Source of the DNA: Octopus vulgaris
Taxonomy: Eukaryota
DNA length: 64,000 bases
Assembly (NCBI GenBank): GCA_951406725.2
Contig: OX597831.1
Coordinates: forward strand, 32,612,001 to 32,676,000
Direction: 5' to 3'
Shown: piece after piece, positions 1-14,370 of the stretch
Layout: each line of letters opens with the position of its first letter
Numbering within the stretch: position 1 is the first letter of the stretch
The notes under the pieces: generated by a model
The model's database searches: none
What the model was told of the DNA's origin: nothing
What the model saw: only the letters and a program-made list of their open reading frames with translations
Made by a program: the position numbers and the translations under genes

Positions 1-207
1 ATAGATTTATATATTTACATATCTACTTATTTATACCCATTTATTTATGTTTCTAAATACAGTCTTATATACATATGTGAATGAGTGTGTGTGTGTGGGG
101 GGGTATGAAATTAGAGTAAATTTTATCTATCTATCGATCTGTTTATCTAATATTTCTCCCATAACAATTTACAAATGTGGTTATAGATAGACATAGAGAT
201 AGATATA

Positions 208-279
<72 letters not shown>

Positions 280-313
280 TGGAGAAAGTTGACTAGAGAA
301 ACACGGAGAAACC

Positions 314-350
<37 letters not shown>

Positions 351-469
351 GGGGGGTGAAGGTGTTACTCTGAGTTTTTTCCTGCTTCATTTTCGGACAG
401 TTGTTGAAAACTGAGCAGACATTTCAACAAGAGTTTTACAGATTTTAATAAAATGGCGATGCCCTGAAT

Positions 470-1045
470 GGCTGTGTATGTGTTTGAAAGGGTATTTTGA
501 ATGCGACTCTATTAACCGTATGTATGAGTTTGAAATGATTTTGTGAATGTGTTTTTAATAGCCGTATGTACGTGTTTAAAATGAATATGTGTACGTGTTT
601 GTAATAACCATATGTATGTGTTTAAAATGATTTTGTGTACGTGTTTGTAATAACCGTATGTATGTGTTTAAAATGATTTTGTGTACGTGTTTGTAAAAAC
701 CGTATGTACGTGTTTAAAATGATTTGTGTATGTGTTTGTAATAACCATATGTATGTGTTTGAAATAATATTTTGTATGCGTTTTTAATAACAGTATGTAG
801 GGGCCTGAAATGATTTTGTGTACGTGTTTGTAAAAACCGTATGTACGTGTTTAAAATGAATATGTGTATGTGTTTGTAATAACCGTATGTACGTGTTTAA
901 AATGATTTTGTGTATGTGTTTGTAATAACCATATGTATGTGTTTGAAATGATATTTTGTATGCATTTTTAATAACAGTAAGTATGTGCCTGAAATGATTT
1001 TGTGTAAGTGTTTGTAATAACCGTATGTATGTGTTTATAATGTTA
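470..1045. repeat. Minisatellite, ~46-bp unit (GTAATAACCGTATGTATGTGTTTAAAATGATTTTGTGTACGTGTTT), ~12 diverged copies
   Basis: Recurring taaccgtatgta / aaatgattttgtgta motifs at ~46-bp spacing. Confidence 0.85.
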
Positions 1046-1284
1046 AGTACACTGTTTAATTTAGTCGAGTGGTGTCATCATCTCGAGTGTTGCTTTCACT
1101 CATCGTAGAAATACAGAATTATCTTGATAATGATATTGTGTACATGTTTGTAATGAGTGTATTTATGCTTTTGTAAAGACATTGTGTATGGGGTGCACGG
1201 AACCCCGTTTCATCCAGTGGAACATCATTTTTACTACTTTAAACACCTGCATCAAACTTGCATCATTAAAGGTAAGTGGAGTTT

Positions 1285-1470
1285 GAAAAAGAAGTAATTT
1301 CTACTCTTCTCCTCTGGAAGCCATCTACTCGCAATACCAGAGGGCGCACACTCTCCTACCCTGATGTAATCTCCAGGGATACAGGCATCCAGCAACAGGA
1401 CCTCCGTAATGCTATGATGGACCGTGAAGTCTGGCGTAACATAGTAAATTCCATTGTCTCGACCACGGTC
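1285..1470 (+). mobile_element. 3' fragment of a LINE ORF2 (RTE-like C-terminus)
   Basis: Translation LLLWKPSTRNTRGRTLSYPDVISRDTG...LRNAMMDREVWRNIV matches the W.P...RGR...D.I..D...AM.DR..WR pattern typical of RTE-clade ORF2 ends. Confidence 0.7.
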
Positions 1471-1873
1471 GGTCGGAGTTTTGCAGAGGCACCAAACAAT
1501 ACAGTCCCAATAATCCATGATAAGGTGGGGTCAAACCTCCACCTGTATACAGTGCTGCCTTCAGGCTGCACAGACATTCTGGTGACACCACGTGTTTAGG
1601 GGTCCAAAGTTAATCTGTATATGCTGTAATTTATTACCAGTAACGAATTCTAGGTCTATTTCATTGGAATTTATAAAGCTGTTAAAACGGACCCCAAAAT
1701 AGAAATATGTTAGCACACACACCATTGTCTGAAATCTGGTTAAGGATGATAAGAACGTTGATAAAGGTTTATATTGATGATGTGCACAGCATGATCTTTC
1801 TGTAACTCCACATTTGCCAAAGGTATTTCTAGTCTCAACTGGGCCTCACTCACTCAACTCCTCTTGTATCATT

Positions 1874-1921
1874 CACCTTACAGCGAATATATATATATAT
1901 ATATATATTCGCTGTAAGGTG
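1874..1921. repeat. Perfect 48-bp palindrome centred on (AT)n
   Basis: CACCTTACAGCGA-(AT)n-TCGCTGTAAGGTG. Confidence 0.9.
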
Positions 1922-2008
1922 CAGCTACAATAAAAAGTATATTACTCTACTTTAAGTATTTAAGTACTGCTTTTTCTACCTTGTTTTGCATTTATATGCT
2001 CACCAATG

Positions 2009-2044
<36 letters not shown>

Positions 2045-2231
2045 ATATATATATTATATATATATATTTACTTTTTCTACCTTGTTTTCACACTGTACGT
2101 GCTCGAGCAAAATGTAATTGTTTGTACACAAATAACACACGGATTTGGGTGTATGCGTGACGCACTGTTCTGGGAAGCAATCTTCACACAGCCACACCCG
2201 GTTGCATTCCTATGTGTTATTCATTTACTAA

Positions 2232-2295
<64 letters not shown>

Positions 2296-2334
2296 CTTTT
2301 TCTACCTTGTTTTACTGAAGGCACAAAGCCTGAA

Positions 2335-2505
2335 ACTTTGGAGGAAGGGGCTAGTCGATTTTATATCGACCCCAGTGTTTCACTGGTATTTAATGGTACT
2401 TCATTGAAAGGATGAAAGGCAAAAGTCAACCTCGGCGGAATTTGAACCCAGAACACGTAAAGACGGGCGAAATACTTGCGCTAACATTTTGCCAGCTCGT
2501 CGCCT
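2335..2505 (-). mobile_element. tRNA-derived SINE, family C (Meta/MESC-like core)
   Basis: Reverse complement contains gttcaaattccgccgaggttgacttttgcctttcatcc...cactggggtcgat, shared with copies at 35330 and 44144. Confidence 0.75.
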
Positions 2506-2513
2506 TAATAATA

Positions 2514-2556
<43 letters not shown>

Positions 2557-2596
2557 GGAGGAGGAGGAGGAGGAGGAGGAGGAAGAGGCATGAATG

Positions 2597-3145
2597 AATG
2601 CCCTGATGTAGTACCAGACAATGGTTTTCATGGCTTCTGATCTTAACTGATTGGAAGTGTTATCATGTACATTGTTTTGTCTTGGTATAAAAGATGGGCT
2701 ACAGCAAATATTCTGCTCAATACCACAGATTTGCTTGTCAGTTGTTTGACCATAACCAGTTGAGCATATCCTTTAGTGGCTGACGATATGTGCATCTCTG
2801 ATCACGAGCAGAATTAGTGGGGGAGCATCATAGCCATGTGTTGAGAGGGATTCTTTGAGATTTGAGTAATTCACCTCTGGAAACATGGGTGTTTCGTTCA
2901 AAATTTTTAAACAACCCTTATTCAAGGACCATTTGAGCGGGTGGGGCTATTCGAAGAAAATTCTAATTGGGCCCCACCTGCAAGGTCATGCGCTGTTTAA
3001 TCTTGATATGAAATCACCATGTCGCGTAAATATGGTTGTGATGCATGTGCCTGGTGTACCCTTATCAGTCGGGTAATCATGATGGGTATACTGGGCTCCA
3101 GATATTTGTACCCTTGCATGAATTTGATAGCATGTGCTGCTCTCT
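2597..3145 (+). mobile_element. ~550-bp non-coding retroposon, full-length copy (AAT/CAA-tailed family)
   Basis: Near-identical to 6150-6599, 7414-7961 and 8372-8614; shared 3' end followed by a trinucleotide tail. Confidence 0.85.
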
Positions 3146-3148
3146 AGC

Positions 3149-3189
<41 letters not shown>

Positions 3190-3301
3190 CCCCCAACAAC
3201 AACAACAACAACAATCGCACAAACGCACGCAATCAGTCTTGTTATATTCTCCCTCCCTTTATCTGTCTTTCTTACTCTCTCCATCTCTCTCTCTCCTTCT
3301 T

Positions 3302-3332
<31 letters not shown>

Positions 3333-3519
3333 TTACATACATACATATATACATACATACATATACTCACACACATAAACACACACACATATATATATAT
3401 ATATACACACTTATAAATATATGTGTACATACATATGAACACTTATAAATATACGTGTTCGTGCGTGTGATTGTATATCAGAGTGTTTGAGTGTTAGTGT
3501 GTGTGAGTGCGCGCGCACG

Positions 3520-3615
<96 letters not shown>

Positions 3616-3778
3616 CGTGCGTGTGTGCGTGCATGTGTATACTCAGTCAACTCTCTACACAGTCTTCCAATAAGAAAAGAGGTGAAACTTAGACAAAACT
3701 TTCTTAATTATCAAAATCACACAAAAATTCTTCTCCAGAAAAGAAAATTGTAAATTAAGCGTTGCATCTGCTCTTTGC

Positions 3779-3821
<43 letters not shown>

Positions 3822-3997
3822 CAATCGCACGCGCACGCAACACATCTTCACTATTATTATTATTATTATTGTTGTTGTTATTGTTGTTATTGTTATATGT
3901 TTTTAATTTGCTTTTTTCCTGTTACCTCTATACTTACTTTCCGAGGTGGACTTGGCAACATACCCACCTTGTAAAATATACACCCTAGAAACACCTC

Positions 3998-4032
<35 letters not shown>

Positions 4033-4402
4033 ACACATACTTATACCTACATACATGTAGACATATATATATATATATATATACATACGTGTATCTGTAT
4101 ACGTAAATATACATATATATATATATGTATATGTGTATATGTGCGTGTCTATGTGGGTTTGTGTTAGTATGTTTGTGTATATACCGCCATGAAACCTTTG
4201 ATTACATTCAATCTAAAGAAATAAAAATTCTATAATGTACATTCGTATATATTCTATTTTTTTTTAATGAGGAAAGGTAATATATTTATCCATATATGTA
4301 TATCAGTGTGATATATGCGTATATGTGTGTGTGTATATTTGCATATATTATTTATAAACACATGAACATAAGCACATAATGTATATACATATATATATAT
4401 AC

Positions 4403-4434
<32 letters not shown>

Positions 4435-4494
4435 GTATACATATATATATATATTCATATATATATATATTCATATATATATATATATATATAT

Positions 4495-4575
<81 letters not shown>

Positions 4576-4938
4576 TACATACACACACATATATATATAT
4601 ATGTGTGTGTGTATACACGGAGATTAGTTATCTACATAATATCTTGATTAAATTTCTGCTTTTAATTCTATATTGTGAATAAATTGTTTTTCAAGAAATA
4701 AGTTTTTGTTTTTGTTTTCTTTTTTTCCTGTGTGTAATTTTTGCAATTTTTATTAATTATTTTCCTTGTTGTTGTTATTGTTGTTTTTCTTTCTTTCTGC
4801 CTCCCCCTCCCGCCTTTCAAGATTACTTTTCTGGAATGTTCCCTCTTTTGTTGCACCATGTGTGATATTAAAAAACAGATGAATGCTCTAATTGACCTAT
4901 ATTGAATGTGAAAGATTCAAGTATTGATGCTAATCACA

Positions 4939-4974
<36 letters not shown>

Positions 4975-5104
4975 GTGACGATGATGATGATAATAATAAT
5001 AATGCTAATAATGATACTGGTTTCTTTTATTGGCCACCGGGGCTCAAGACATTGAGGGCAATTTTAAAGGGACGAAATACAATGCATAAAAAATGGGATT
5101 TACA

Positions 5105-5518
5105 TAGCGCTGGATTAACCATTAAGCCAAATAAGCAGATATTTTGGGCATCAAAGGAAGGAGGAGACATCACAGAAATGGTAAATGGTTGACGGCACAA
5201 AAGAAATCACTTTAAACTTGCTAAAATAATATTCGATCTGCCTTTATCTCTACTAAGTATAGATGCAGATGTGTTACCTAAGATTAATTTTGAGGAGCTG
5301 ATCAAAGACTTTGCAATTCAAAACAGTAGGAGGAAACTTTTCAAATATAAATAAAGTGGAAATTTACAAAAATAAACATTATTTTCCCTCTTACTTTTGA
5401 AAACTAAAAATTTATTTTATGGTTTGTTACTGTTTATATTTTGAATTACATAATCTTTTATCGGGGCATCAAAATCTTTTAAGTGCTTAGGGCCTCGATG
5501 GGTCGTAATCCGGCCCTG
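5105..5518 (+). mobile_element. Non-autonomous hAT DNA transposon
   Basis: Imperfect TIRs TAGCGCTGGATTA / TAATCCGGCCCTG; 8-bp TSD GATTTACA (5097-5104, 5519-5526); internal LSLLSIDADVLPKINFEELIKDFAIQNSRRKLF resembles the hAT C-terminal dimerization region. Confidence 0.85.
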
Positions 5519-5544
5519 GATTTACACCGGTCAAAAGGGGAGAC

Positions 5545-5955
5545 AACAGCAATAAAGATATCAGAAAGGGATATTGGAATTGGGACTCAGTAAATATGAA
5601 GCTCTGATAACTGAAATTGAGAAAATGTGGCATCTTAAGGCCTGTACAGTGCCAGTGATAATCGGTGGACTTATGATGAGGGAACATGGATGCATTTGGA
5701 CGAGATAACTGGAAAGCCATCCATGTAAGGGATACTGAAAATAGCGCTGACTGGCGCTGTAGATGTCTCCAGAAGGACATTATCAATTTAAATACCTTGC
5801 AAAGACATTTACTGTTCTGTTTATGGTGACAGTTGTAACCCGACTGATTGTAAATGCGTGCATTTCCAAATTTTGCCTCAAGTATCAGAATGAGACTCGA
5901 CAAGAGAAAATGTAGAACTCAAAGAATTTATGATGATGATGGTAATAATAATAAT
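5545..5955 (+). mobile_element. R4/Dong-like (RLE) LINE 3' end, degraded
   Basis: LSKYEALITEIEKMWHLKACTVPVIIGGL...ILKIALTG...RRTLSI* is typical of an RLE C-terminus; followed by a short UTR and GAT/AAT tail. Confidence 0.75.
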
Positions 5956-6021
5956 AAATGGCGGTGCCCCAGCATGGCCACAGCTCATAAGCTGAAACTA
6001 GAATCAATCAATCAATCAATG

Positions 6022-6630
<609 letters not shown>

Positions 6631-6633
<3 letters not shown>

Positions 6634-6994
6634 TAGCACTATGACCCGGCATAGTTCTAGTGCATGCATATACAGCTGCGTGCGTGCGCACATACACGCC
6701 AGTACTGTCCAAATCTCCGACCAATCACATACAGCTAGCTGGCATTCAATTGGCGTATCAAGTTTCGGGCATTTTGATTGGGTTTTGGATAGAAAATTCA
6801 CAAAAAAGTCACTTCTATTGATTTTTTAATGGCTTTGCGGGGTAACTGGGGAAATGTAAAGATGTGCACGACCACTCTTGGACGGTTTTGAATAACCATA
6901 GAAAGTGCGAACCCTCTAACTGAAAAATTGTGGATTTGTATAAAGGATACACACACAGACAGACAGACATTTTGCCGTTTATATATATATAGAG

Positions 6995-6996
<2 letters not shown>
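6631..6996 (+). mobile_element. Non-autonomous Helitron/Helentron-like (DINE-1/HINE-type) element
   Basis: Starts AACTAGC..TGACCCGGC and ends (CAGA)n...TTTATATATATATAGAGAT; a similar 3' end lies at 47400-47543. Confidence 0.5.
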
Positions 6997-7070
<74 letters not shown>

Positions 7071-7075
7071 TAAAA

Positions 7076-7148
<73 letters not shown>

Positions 7149-7152
7149 TAAT

Positions 7153-7341
7153 AAGCCAGATATTGATCAAAATCTAACTAACCAATGGCTATAAGAGACA
7201 GGTCTGAAAGGGGAAACAGAATGTTTTGTTATTGTAGCGCAAGACAGAGCTTAGCTACCAAAAACTACCGTGCAAACATCCTTAAAGATGGATTTGACCC
7301 CTCGTGCAGTATTTGTGGAAAATTCACAGAAACAATTGATC

Positions 7342-7343
<2 letters not shown>
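7153..7343 (+). mobile_element. R4/Dong-like LINE ORF fragment (pre-CCHC knuckle)
   Basis: DIDQNLTNQWL*ETGLKGETECFVIVAQD/SLATKNYRANILKDGFDPSCSICGKFTETIDH; flanked by (AAT)n. Confidence 0.8.
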
Positions 7344-7403
<60 letters not shown>

Positions 7404-7413
7404 GATAATAATA

Positions 7414-7961
7414 AATGCCCTGATGCACTACCAGGCAGTGGCTCTCATGGCTACTGATCTTAACTGATTGGATGTGTTATCATGTACATTGTTTTGTCTT
7501 GGTATAAAAGATGGGCTACAGTAAATTTTCTGCTCAATACCACAGATTTGCTTGTCATTTGTTTGACCTTAACTAGATGAAATGTCTCAGTGGCTGACGA
7601 CATGTGACTCTGATCACGAGAGAAGTAACAGCATCATAGTTGTGTGTTGAGAGGAATTCTTTGGGGTGTGGGTAAGTCACTTCTGGAAACACGGGTGTTC
7701 GTTCAACATCCTTAAACAACCCTTATTCAAGGACCTTTTGAGCGGGATAGGCTACTCGACTTGAAGAAAATTCTACCTGGGCCCCACCTGCAAGGTCAAG
7801 CGCTGTTTAATCTTGATATGAGATCACCACGTCGTGCACATATGGTTGAGATGCATGTGCCTGGTGTACCCTTACCAGATGGGTAGTCATGATGGGTATA
7901 CTGGGTTTCGTATATTCTACCCCAGTATCACTTTTATGGCATGTACTGTTCTCTCACTCAA
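7414..7961 (+). mobile_element. Full-length copy of the ~550-bp AAT-tailed retroposon
   Basis: Same 5' start (AATGCCCTGATG) as the 2597 copy; (AAT)n on both sides. Confidence 0.85.
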
Positions 7962-7980
7962 TAATATAATAATAATAATG

Positions 7981-8050
<70 letters not shown>

Positions 8051-8099
8051 TGATGATGATGATAATAATGATAATAATAATAATAACAACAGTGGTTAC

Positions 8100-8294
8100 A
8101 ACTTGTGGCACAAGACGAGCAATTATATTTGGAGAGGGAGTTAGTCGATTGCTTTGACTGGTACTTTGTTTTATAGACGCTCGGAAGGGTGAGAAGCACA
8201 GGTGAACTCGGTGGGATTTGAACTCGGAAAGTAAAAACCGGAAGAGAAGCTGCTAAGTATTTTGTCCTAGCACTCTATCGATTCTGCCGTCTCG

Positions 8295-8295
<1 letters not shown>
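8100..8295 (-). mobile_element. Degraded SINE family C
   Basis: ctggtactt...atttgaactcgg...ctaagtattttgtcc...gattctgcc pattern. Confidence 0.55.
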
Positions 8296-8371
<76 letters not shown>

Positions 8372-8375
<4 letters not shown>

Positions 8376-8613
8376 CCCTTATTCAGGGACCTTTTGAGCG
8401 GGATGGGCTACTCAACCTGAAGAAAATTCTAACTGGGCCCCACCTGCAAGGTCATGTGCTGTTTATCTTGATATGAGATCACCATGTCGCGCACATATGG
8501 TTGTGATGCATGTGCCGGTGTACCTTTATCAGACGGGTAGTCATGATGGGCATATTGGGCTTCGTATATTTTACCCCAGTGTCACTTTGATGGCATGCAC
8601 TGCTCTCTCACTC

Positions 8614-8614
<1 letters not shown>
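8372..8614 (+). mobile_element. 5'-truncated copy of the AAT-tailed retroposon
   Basis: Homologous to the 3' half of the family; a noisy further copy lies at 8964-9203. Confidence 0.85.
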
Positions 8615-8686
<72 letters not shown>

Positions 8687-8884
8687 TAAACACCTTGTGT
8701 TCTACAAGAGGAAAAATTAATCAGATCCTTTGGGTACTTTGTTTTATAGACGCTCAAGGTGAGAAGCATCAGGTGAACTCGGTTCTTGGATAACTCGGAA
8801 AACAAGCAAATTACTTTCAAATATTGGGAAGATTAAAGCAATGCTAAGTATTTTGTCCTACACTCTATCGATTCTGCCGTCTCG

Positions 8885-8965
<81 letters not shown>

Positions 8966-9201
8966 GTTCTTTTTTATTCAGATCACTTGAGCGGGATGGC
9001 ACCGCTACTCAACCTGAAGAAAATTTAACTGGGCCTAATACCTGCAAGGTCTATGTCTCTTTTGCCGAATGAGACATAAACATGTCACCACATGGTTGTC
9101 AAACGATAGCATGTGCCCGGTTACCTTTATCACACATAGTCATATATATATGGGCTTCGTATATATATACCCATAATATCATATGATATGCATGCTATAT
9201 C

Positions 9202-9276
<75 letters not shown>

Positions 9277-9359
9277 TATAATAATAGCATAGATAGCGCA
9301 TAATATCCGCCAAGGCAATACCAACGTCCTCTCAACGATATAGCCGGATATGATATATA

Positions 9360-9447
<88 letters not shown>

Positions 9448-9627
9448 TATCGGAATATAAACTCGACTATATTATAATATATATAATACATAAAATGAAT
9501 GACCGTATATAATAAAAGCTAATATATAAAAACCGGAAAAATAATCCAGAATCCTTATCCGGTAATGGATTAACACAAACACACACAAATACATACATAC
9601 ATACAAACACATATACACATATATATA

Positions 9628-9931
<304 letters not shown>

Positions 9932-10098
9932 ATAATGTGAATAAGTAAGGATTACATTTAATAGAGTATGATCTCAATAATTAAGGGTTAAAGTGTGCGA
10001 TAGAAAGTTTGCCACAGCTGGATTTGAACTCTCGAGCCTGGAGATATGTAACTGATTGCTACCCAAGCATTTTGTCCGCTTTTATAACGCTTCAGCCT

Positions 10099-10795
10099 GG
10101 ATGGAAGCACTCCGTCGGTTACGACGACGAGGGTTCCGGTTGATCCGAATCAACGGAACAGCCTGTTCGTGAAATTAACGTGTAAGTGGCTGGGCACTCC
10201 ACAGACACGTGTACCCTTAACGTAGTTCTCGGGGATATTCAGCGTGACACAGAGAGTGACAAGGCCGGCCCTTTGAAATACAGGTACAACAGAAACAGGA
10301 AGTAAGAGTGAGAGAAAGTTGTGGTGAAAGAGTACAGCAGGGATCACCACCATCCCCTGCCGGAGCCTCGTGGAGCTTTAGGTGCTTTCGCTCAATAAAC
10401 ACTGCCTGGATGGAAGCACTCCGTCGGTTACGACGACGAGGGTTCCGGTTGATCCGAATCAACGGAACAGTCTGCTCGTGAAATTAACGTGTAAGTGGCT
10501 GAGCACTCCACAGACATGTGTACCCTTAACGTAGTTCTCGGGGATATTCAGCGTGACACAGAGCGTGACAAGGCCGGCCCTTTGAAATACAGGTACAACA
10601 GAAACAGGAAGTAAGAGTGAGAGAAAGTTGTGGCGAAAGAGTACAGCAGGGATCACCACCATCTACTGCCGGAGCCTCGTGGAGCTTTAGGTGTTTTCGC
10701 TCAATAAACACTCACAACGCCCGGTCTGGGAATCGAAACCGCGATCCTATGACCGCGAGTCCGCTGCCCTAACCACTGGGCCATTGCGCCTCCAC
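10099..10795 (-). mobile_element. tRNA-derived SINE family A with internal 309-bp tandem duplication
   Basis: Head TGGCCCAGTGG...GGTTTCGATTCCC; 13-bp TSD AACGCTTCAGCCT at 10086-10098 and 10796-10808. Confidence 0.9.
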
Positions 10796-10819
10796 AACGC
10801 TTCAGCCTATTCGCAGAAC

Positions 10820-11290
10820 CAATTAAAAATTCGGTCAATACACCGTCCGCCTCATGAACTGAACAATCCACGCACCCCCTAAAACATTCGGCTTACGCAT
10901 CACCTCTAAAGAAATCGACCAGTCTACATGCTCCTTAAAACTTTCGATCAATCCATAAATACCCTTCCCGATATGGCTACTCCTTTATCCCTTAAAAATT
11001 CAGTCAGTTCATCACTACCGTTCAAATTTGTTTAATCCACATATCCCCTTAAAAATTCGACCACACCACTATCCCCTTAAATATTCGACCTATTCACCAT
11101 CCCTTAAAAATAGAACCAATCCACACCACTTAAATTCAACCACTCCATCACTTCCTTAAAAAATCGAGCAATCCACTTAATTCCTTAAGAATTTGAACCC
11201 ATTACCAACATCTTCAATATTTGGCTAATCCACCACTCGTTTTGAATTTGACCAGTTCTTATCTTTGAAAGTTCGGACAACCAGCCATCT
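10820..11290. repeat. Diverged minisatellite, ~35-40-bp unit (CCTTAAAAATTCGACCAATCCAC...)
   Basis: Recurring ccttaaaaattcga / aatccac motifs. Confidence 0.65.
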
Positions 11291-11424
11291 TGTGCAAACC
11301 AAATTTACTTTTTATCCTTCCAAGGTTAAAAAAAAATGAAACATCAATCAAAAACTGGATCGATTGAATACATCAGATTCCGTCTGTATGTCTTATTTTC
11401 TAATTATTATAAATCTTCCACTGA

Positions 11425-11658
11425 GGAGGGAGCCGGTTTCCAACAAATATACAAGGCTCCATTTTTGGGATGTAGTTAACACAGACAAATTCACATTTAG
11501 AACTTGAGAAAAGTCATGCATATATTAACTGTTCCACTTACAGACTGCCCTTGTAATGTACGATTCAGCCGGTCGATTTCGCTTTCTGAAAATCCCAGTT
11601 TATCCAGATTCTCCTATAAGCATTTACTTACAAAACTTAGTACTCCAATTCTTATTGT
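11425..11658 (-). mobile_element. RLE-type LINE 3' end (second family)
   Basis: IRIGVLSFVSKCL*ENLDKLGFSESEIDRLNRTLQGQSVSGTVNICMTFLKF*; homologous to 46381-46600. Confidence 0.65.
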
Positions 11659-12110
11659 ATGTATGTATGTATGTATGTATGTATGTATGTATGTATGCAT
11701 GTATGTATGTATGTATGTATGTATGTATGTATGTATGTATGTATGTATGTATGAATGTATGTATGTGTGTATGTATGTATGTATGTATGTATGTATGTAT
11801 GTATGTATGTATGTATGTACATATGTATGTATGAATGTATGTATGTGTGTGTGTGCGTATGTATGTATGTGTGTGTGTATGTGTGTGTATGTGTGTATGT
11901 ATGTATGTGTATATAGTAAAATGTGGCACAGGAGAATGACCAAAGAACATACGGAATGCAAGACAGAACACAAAAAGGACATGGGTACGCTCACCCTTTA
12001 TCAGTTGTCGACCAAAAATCATCACAATTTCGACGCTTTATCCATACTGTTGTTCAATTTGGTGACGTCAAAAGCAAAAAGCGAACTGAAGGATAAAATA
12101 AGAGAAGTAA

Positions 12111-12177
<67 letters not shown>

Positions 12178-12682
12178 ACACACACACACACAGAGGGTCT
12201 ATTGACAAAACGCTAAAAATGGCGAGTTCTGAGGAGAACGGGAAAATATATAAAACGAGAAAGCAAAGACATTAACGAAAGAATAAATATATAATAAACG
12301 ACACAAGTATTTTTATACATAGAAGGCTTCTTTTGGTTATACGAGAGAATTAGGATAAGTCATGTGCGGAAGTTACGCTAATAGGAGAGAATGTTATCTT
12401 TTTGAATTTTGGTAAAAATATGGAGGAAAAGCAAGAAACGTAGGCAAAAGCATGAGCTGAAACTATGTTTAAAATCTTAGACAGGAGATGGGAAGAAGAA
12501 GTAAAAGAAAAAAATAAACACCAACTGATCAAGAGAACAGTCAAGTGAAAGAGAATGGAGCAGGATGGTCACGTGGTACATTTGTGGGAAGGTGAAGAAG
12601 AAAGAAAGGATAACAGCGGGTAGAACAGAGAGAAGAAAGAGAAGGATGAAAGGAAATTGCAGATAGAAAGTTAGATATGTAA

Positions 12683-12749
<67 letters not shown>

Positions 12750-12979
12750 GGAAGCACACAGTCATGCCTACGCCTACATATATACACAAACAGTATACAT
12801 ATATATATATATATATATATTTGAGTAGTTGAATGAATTATCTTGTTATGGATAATTCGGTTAACCGATACCTGGGTAGCAAATTCACATCAGAGAAGAC
12901 ACGTTTGAAGTTATGGGCTCCGTGTGAGCAGTCATCTAAAAGTTTTTTGTGCATCTTGATGTTGACATAAGTTCCTTGC

Positions 12980-13062
12980 TTTTCCTGATGAGAAAGCGGC
13001 ATAATATACTCCTTATTCCTTCGCAATTAGGAATATGCAGCCTTCGAAACATATGTCGAAAA
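12980..13062 (+). ncRNA. Type-I hammerhead ribozyme motif (intact core, GUC cleavage triplet)
   Basis: Stem I TTTTC/GAAAA; CTGATGA 12985-12991; stem II GAAAGCGGCATA...TATGCAGCCTTC; GAAAC-ATAT-GTC 13046-13057 with palindromic ACATATGT. Confidence 0.85.
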
Positions 13063-13114
13063 TAAAGGAATTTTGTTAATTCGTCGTTCAACTCCATTGT
13101 TTCATATATTTATT

Positions 13115-13173
<59 letters not shown>

Positions 13174-13987
13174 ATATATATAGTGATAGAAACATTATTA
13201 ATACCAAAATTTTTACACATTGACAAAACACCTCATCTCCAACTTAAACACCGAATACTACATTATTTACAATACGGACGTATGGTGCACAAAAGCACTC
13301 ATTTCTATATCGTTGACAGACAATAATCGTTTGCCTGCCTCTGTGTGTGTGTGTGTGTAGTTCATCTGAGATCAGTAGTCCACCGTGGAACTTCGAACAT
13401 TTCTCTCGGGTCTCTACGAGACCGTTCTCGTTTGTCTGCTAGGCCTTTCTCCTCCTCTGTGTCTGTTGGCCATCGTATTTATAATAATTGTGGGCTGATA
13501 GAAGGACAGACATACTGCAACAGGGTTTGTACCTAAACAGGTCAGCTGCTGTCCATTCGAACTTCGCCTGACATGGCTGAGGTCGCAGGCCAAAGGGAGA
13601 TGATCAATCAATTTTTGACAGGACAAAGAAAACCTTTTTTTTCGCGCCTGTTGATCGTGGTGGTTTGGACGACCGAGATTTCTTAGATTCGGTTTCGAAT
13701 CTAGGCTTGGAGAAGGAAGTGTTAATTTTTACACATTGACAAACAACACCCAAAATTCATTTCTACACAAACCACAATATTCCCAACGCAATTCATAACC
13801 ACATTCTTCGTTGCTCTTACCATTTCTGTCGCCTCGCCTTTCACAACTGCTTCCATTTTCATTTTAATGTCATAACACTATCATCATCTTATTTTACACA
13901 TTTACCTTCCTACTACCAGTTCATTATTTGCGCAGCAGCTGCAAGTTTGCAACTTATCTACACTTACATACTAACCCTTCAATTAAT

Positions 13988-14370
13988 GGGAAGCACTCCG
14001 GCGGTTACGACGACGAGGGTTCCGGTTGATCCGAATCAACGGAACAGCCTGCTCGTGAAATTGACGTGTAAGTGGCTGAGCACTCCACAGACACGTGTAC
14101 CCTTAACGTAGTTCTCGAGGATATTCAGCGTGACACAGAGAGTGACAAGGCCGGCCCTTTGAAATACAGGTACAACAGAAGCAGGAAGTAAGAGTGAGAG
14201 AAAGTTGTGGTGAAAGAGTACAGCAGGGATCACCACCATCCCCTGCCGGAGCCTCGTGGAGCTTTAGGTGTTTTCGCTCAATAAACACTCACACGCCCGG
14301 TCTTGGAATCGAAACCGCGATCCTATGACCGCGAGTCCGCTGCCCTAACCACTGGGCCATTGCGCATCCA
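13988..14370 (-). mobile_element. tRNA-derived SINE family A, full length
   Basis: Near-identical to 10408-10795; TSD CCCTTCAATTAAT at 13975-13987 and 14371-14383. Confidence 0.9.

Noticed and set aside
10715-10795. tRNA gene (also 14290-14370, 32940-33015, 43509-43580)
   Set aside because: A/B boxes run straight into SINE bodies, some with TSDs; these are SINE heads
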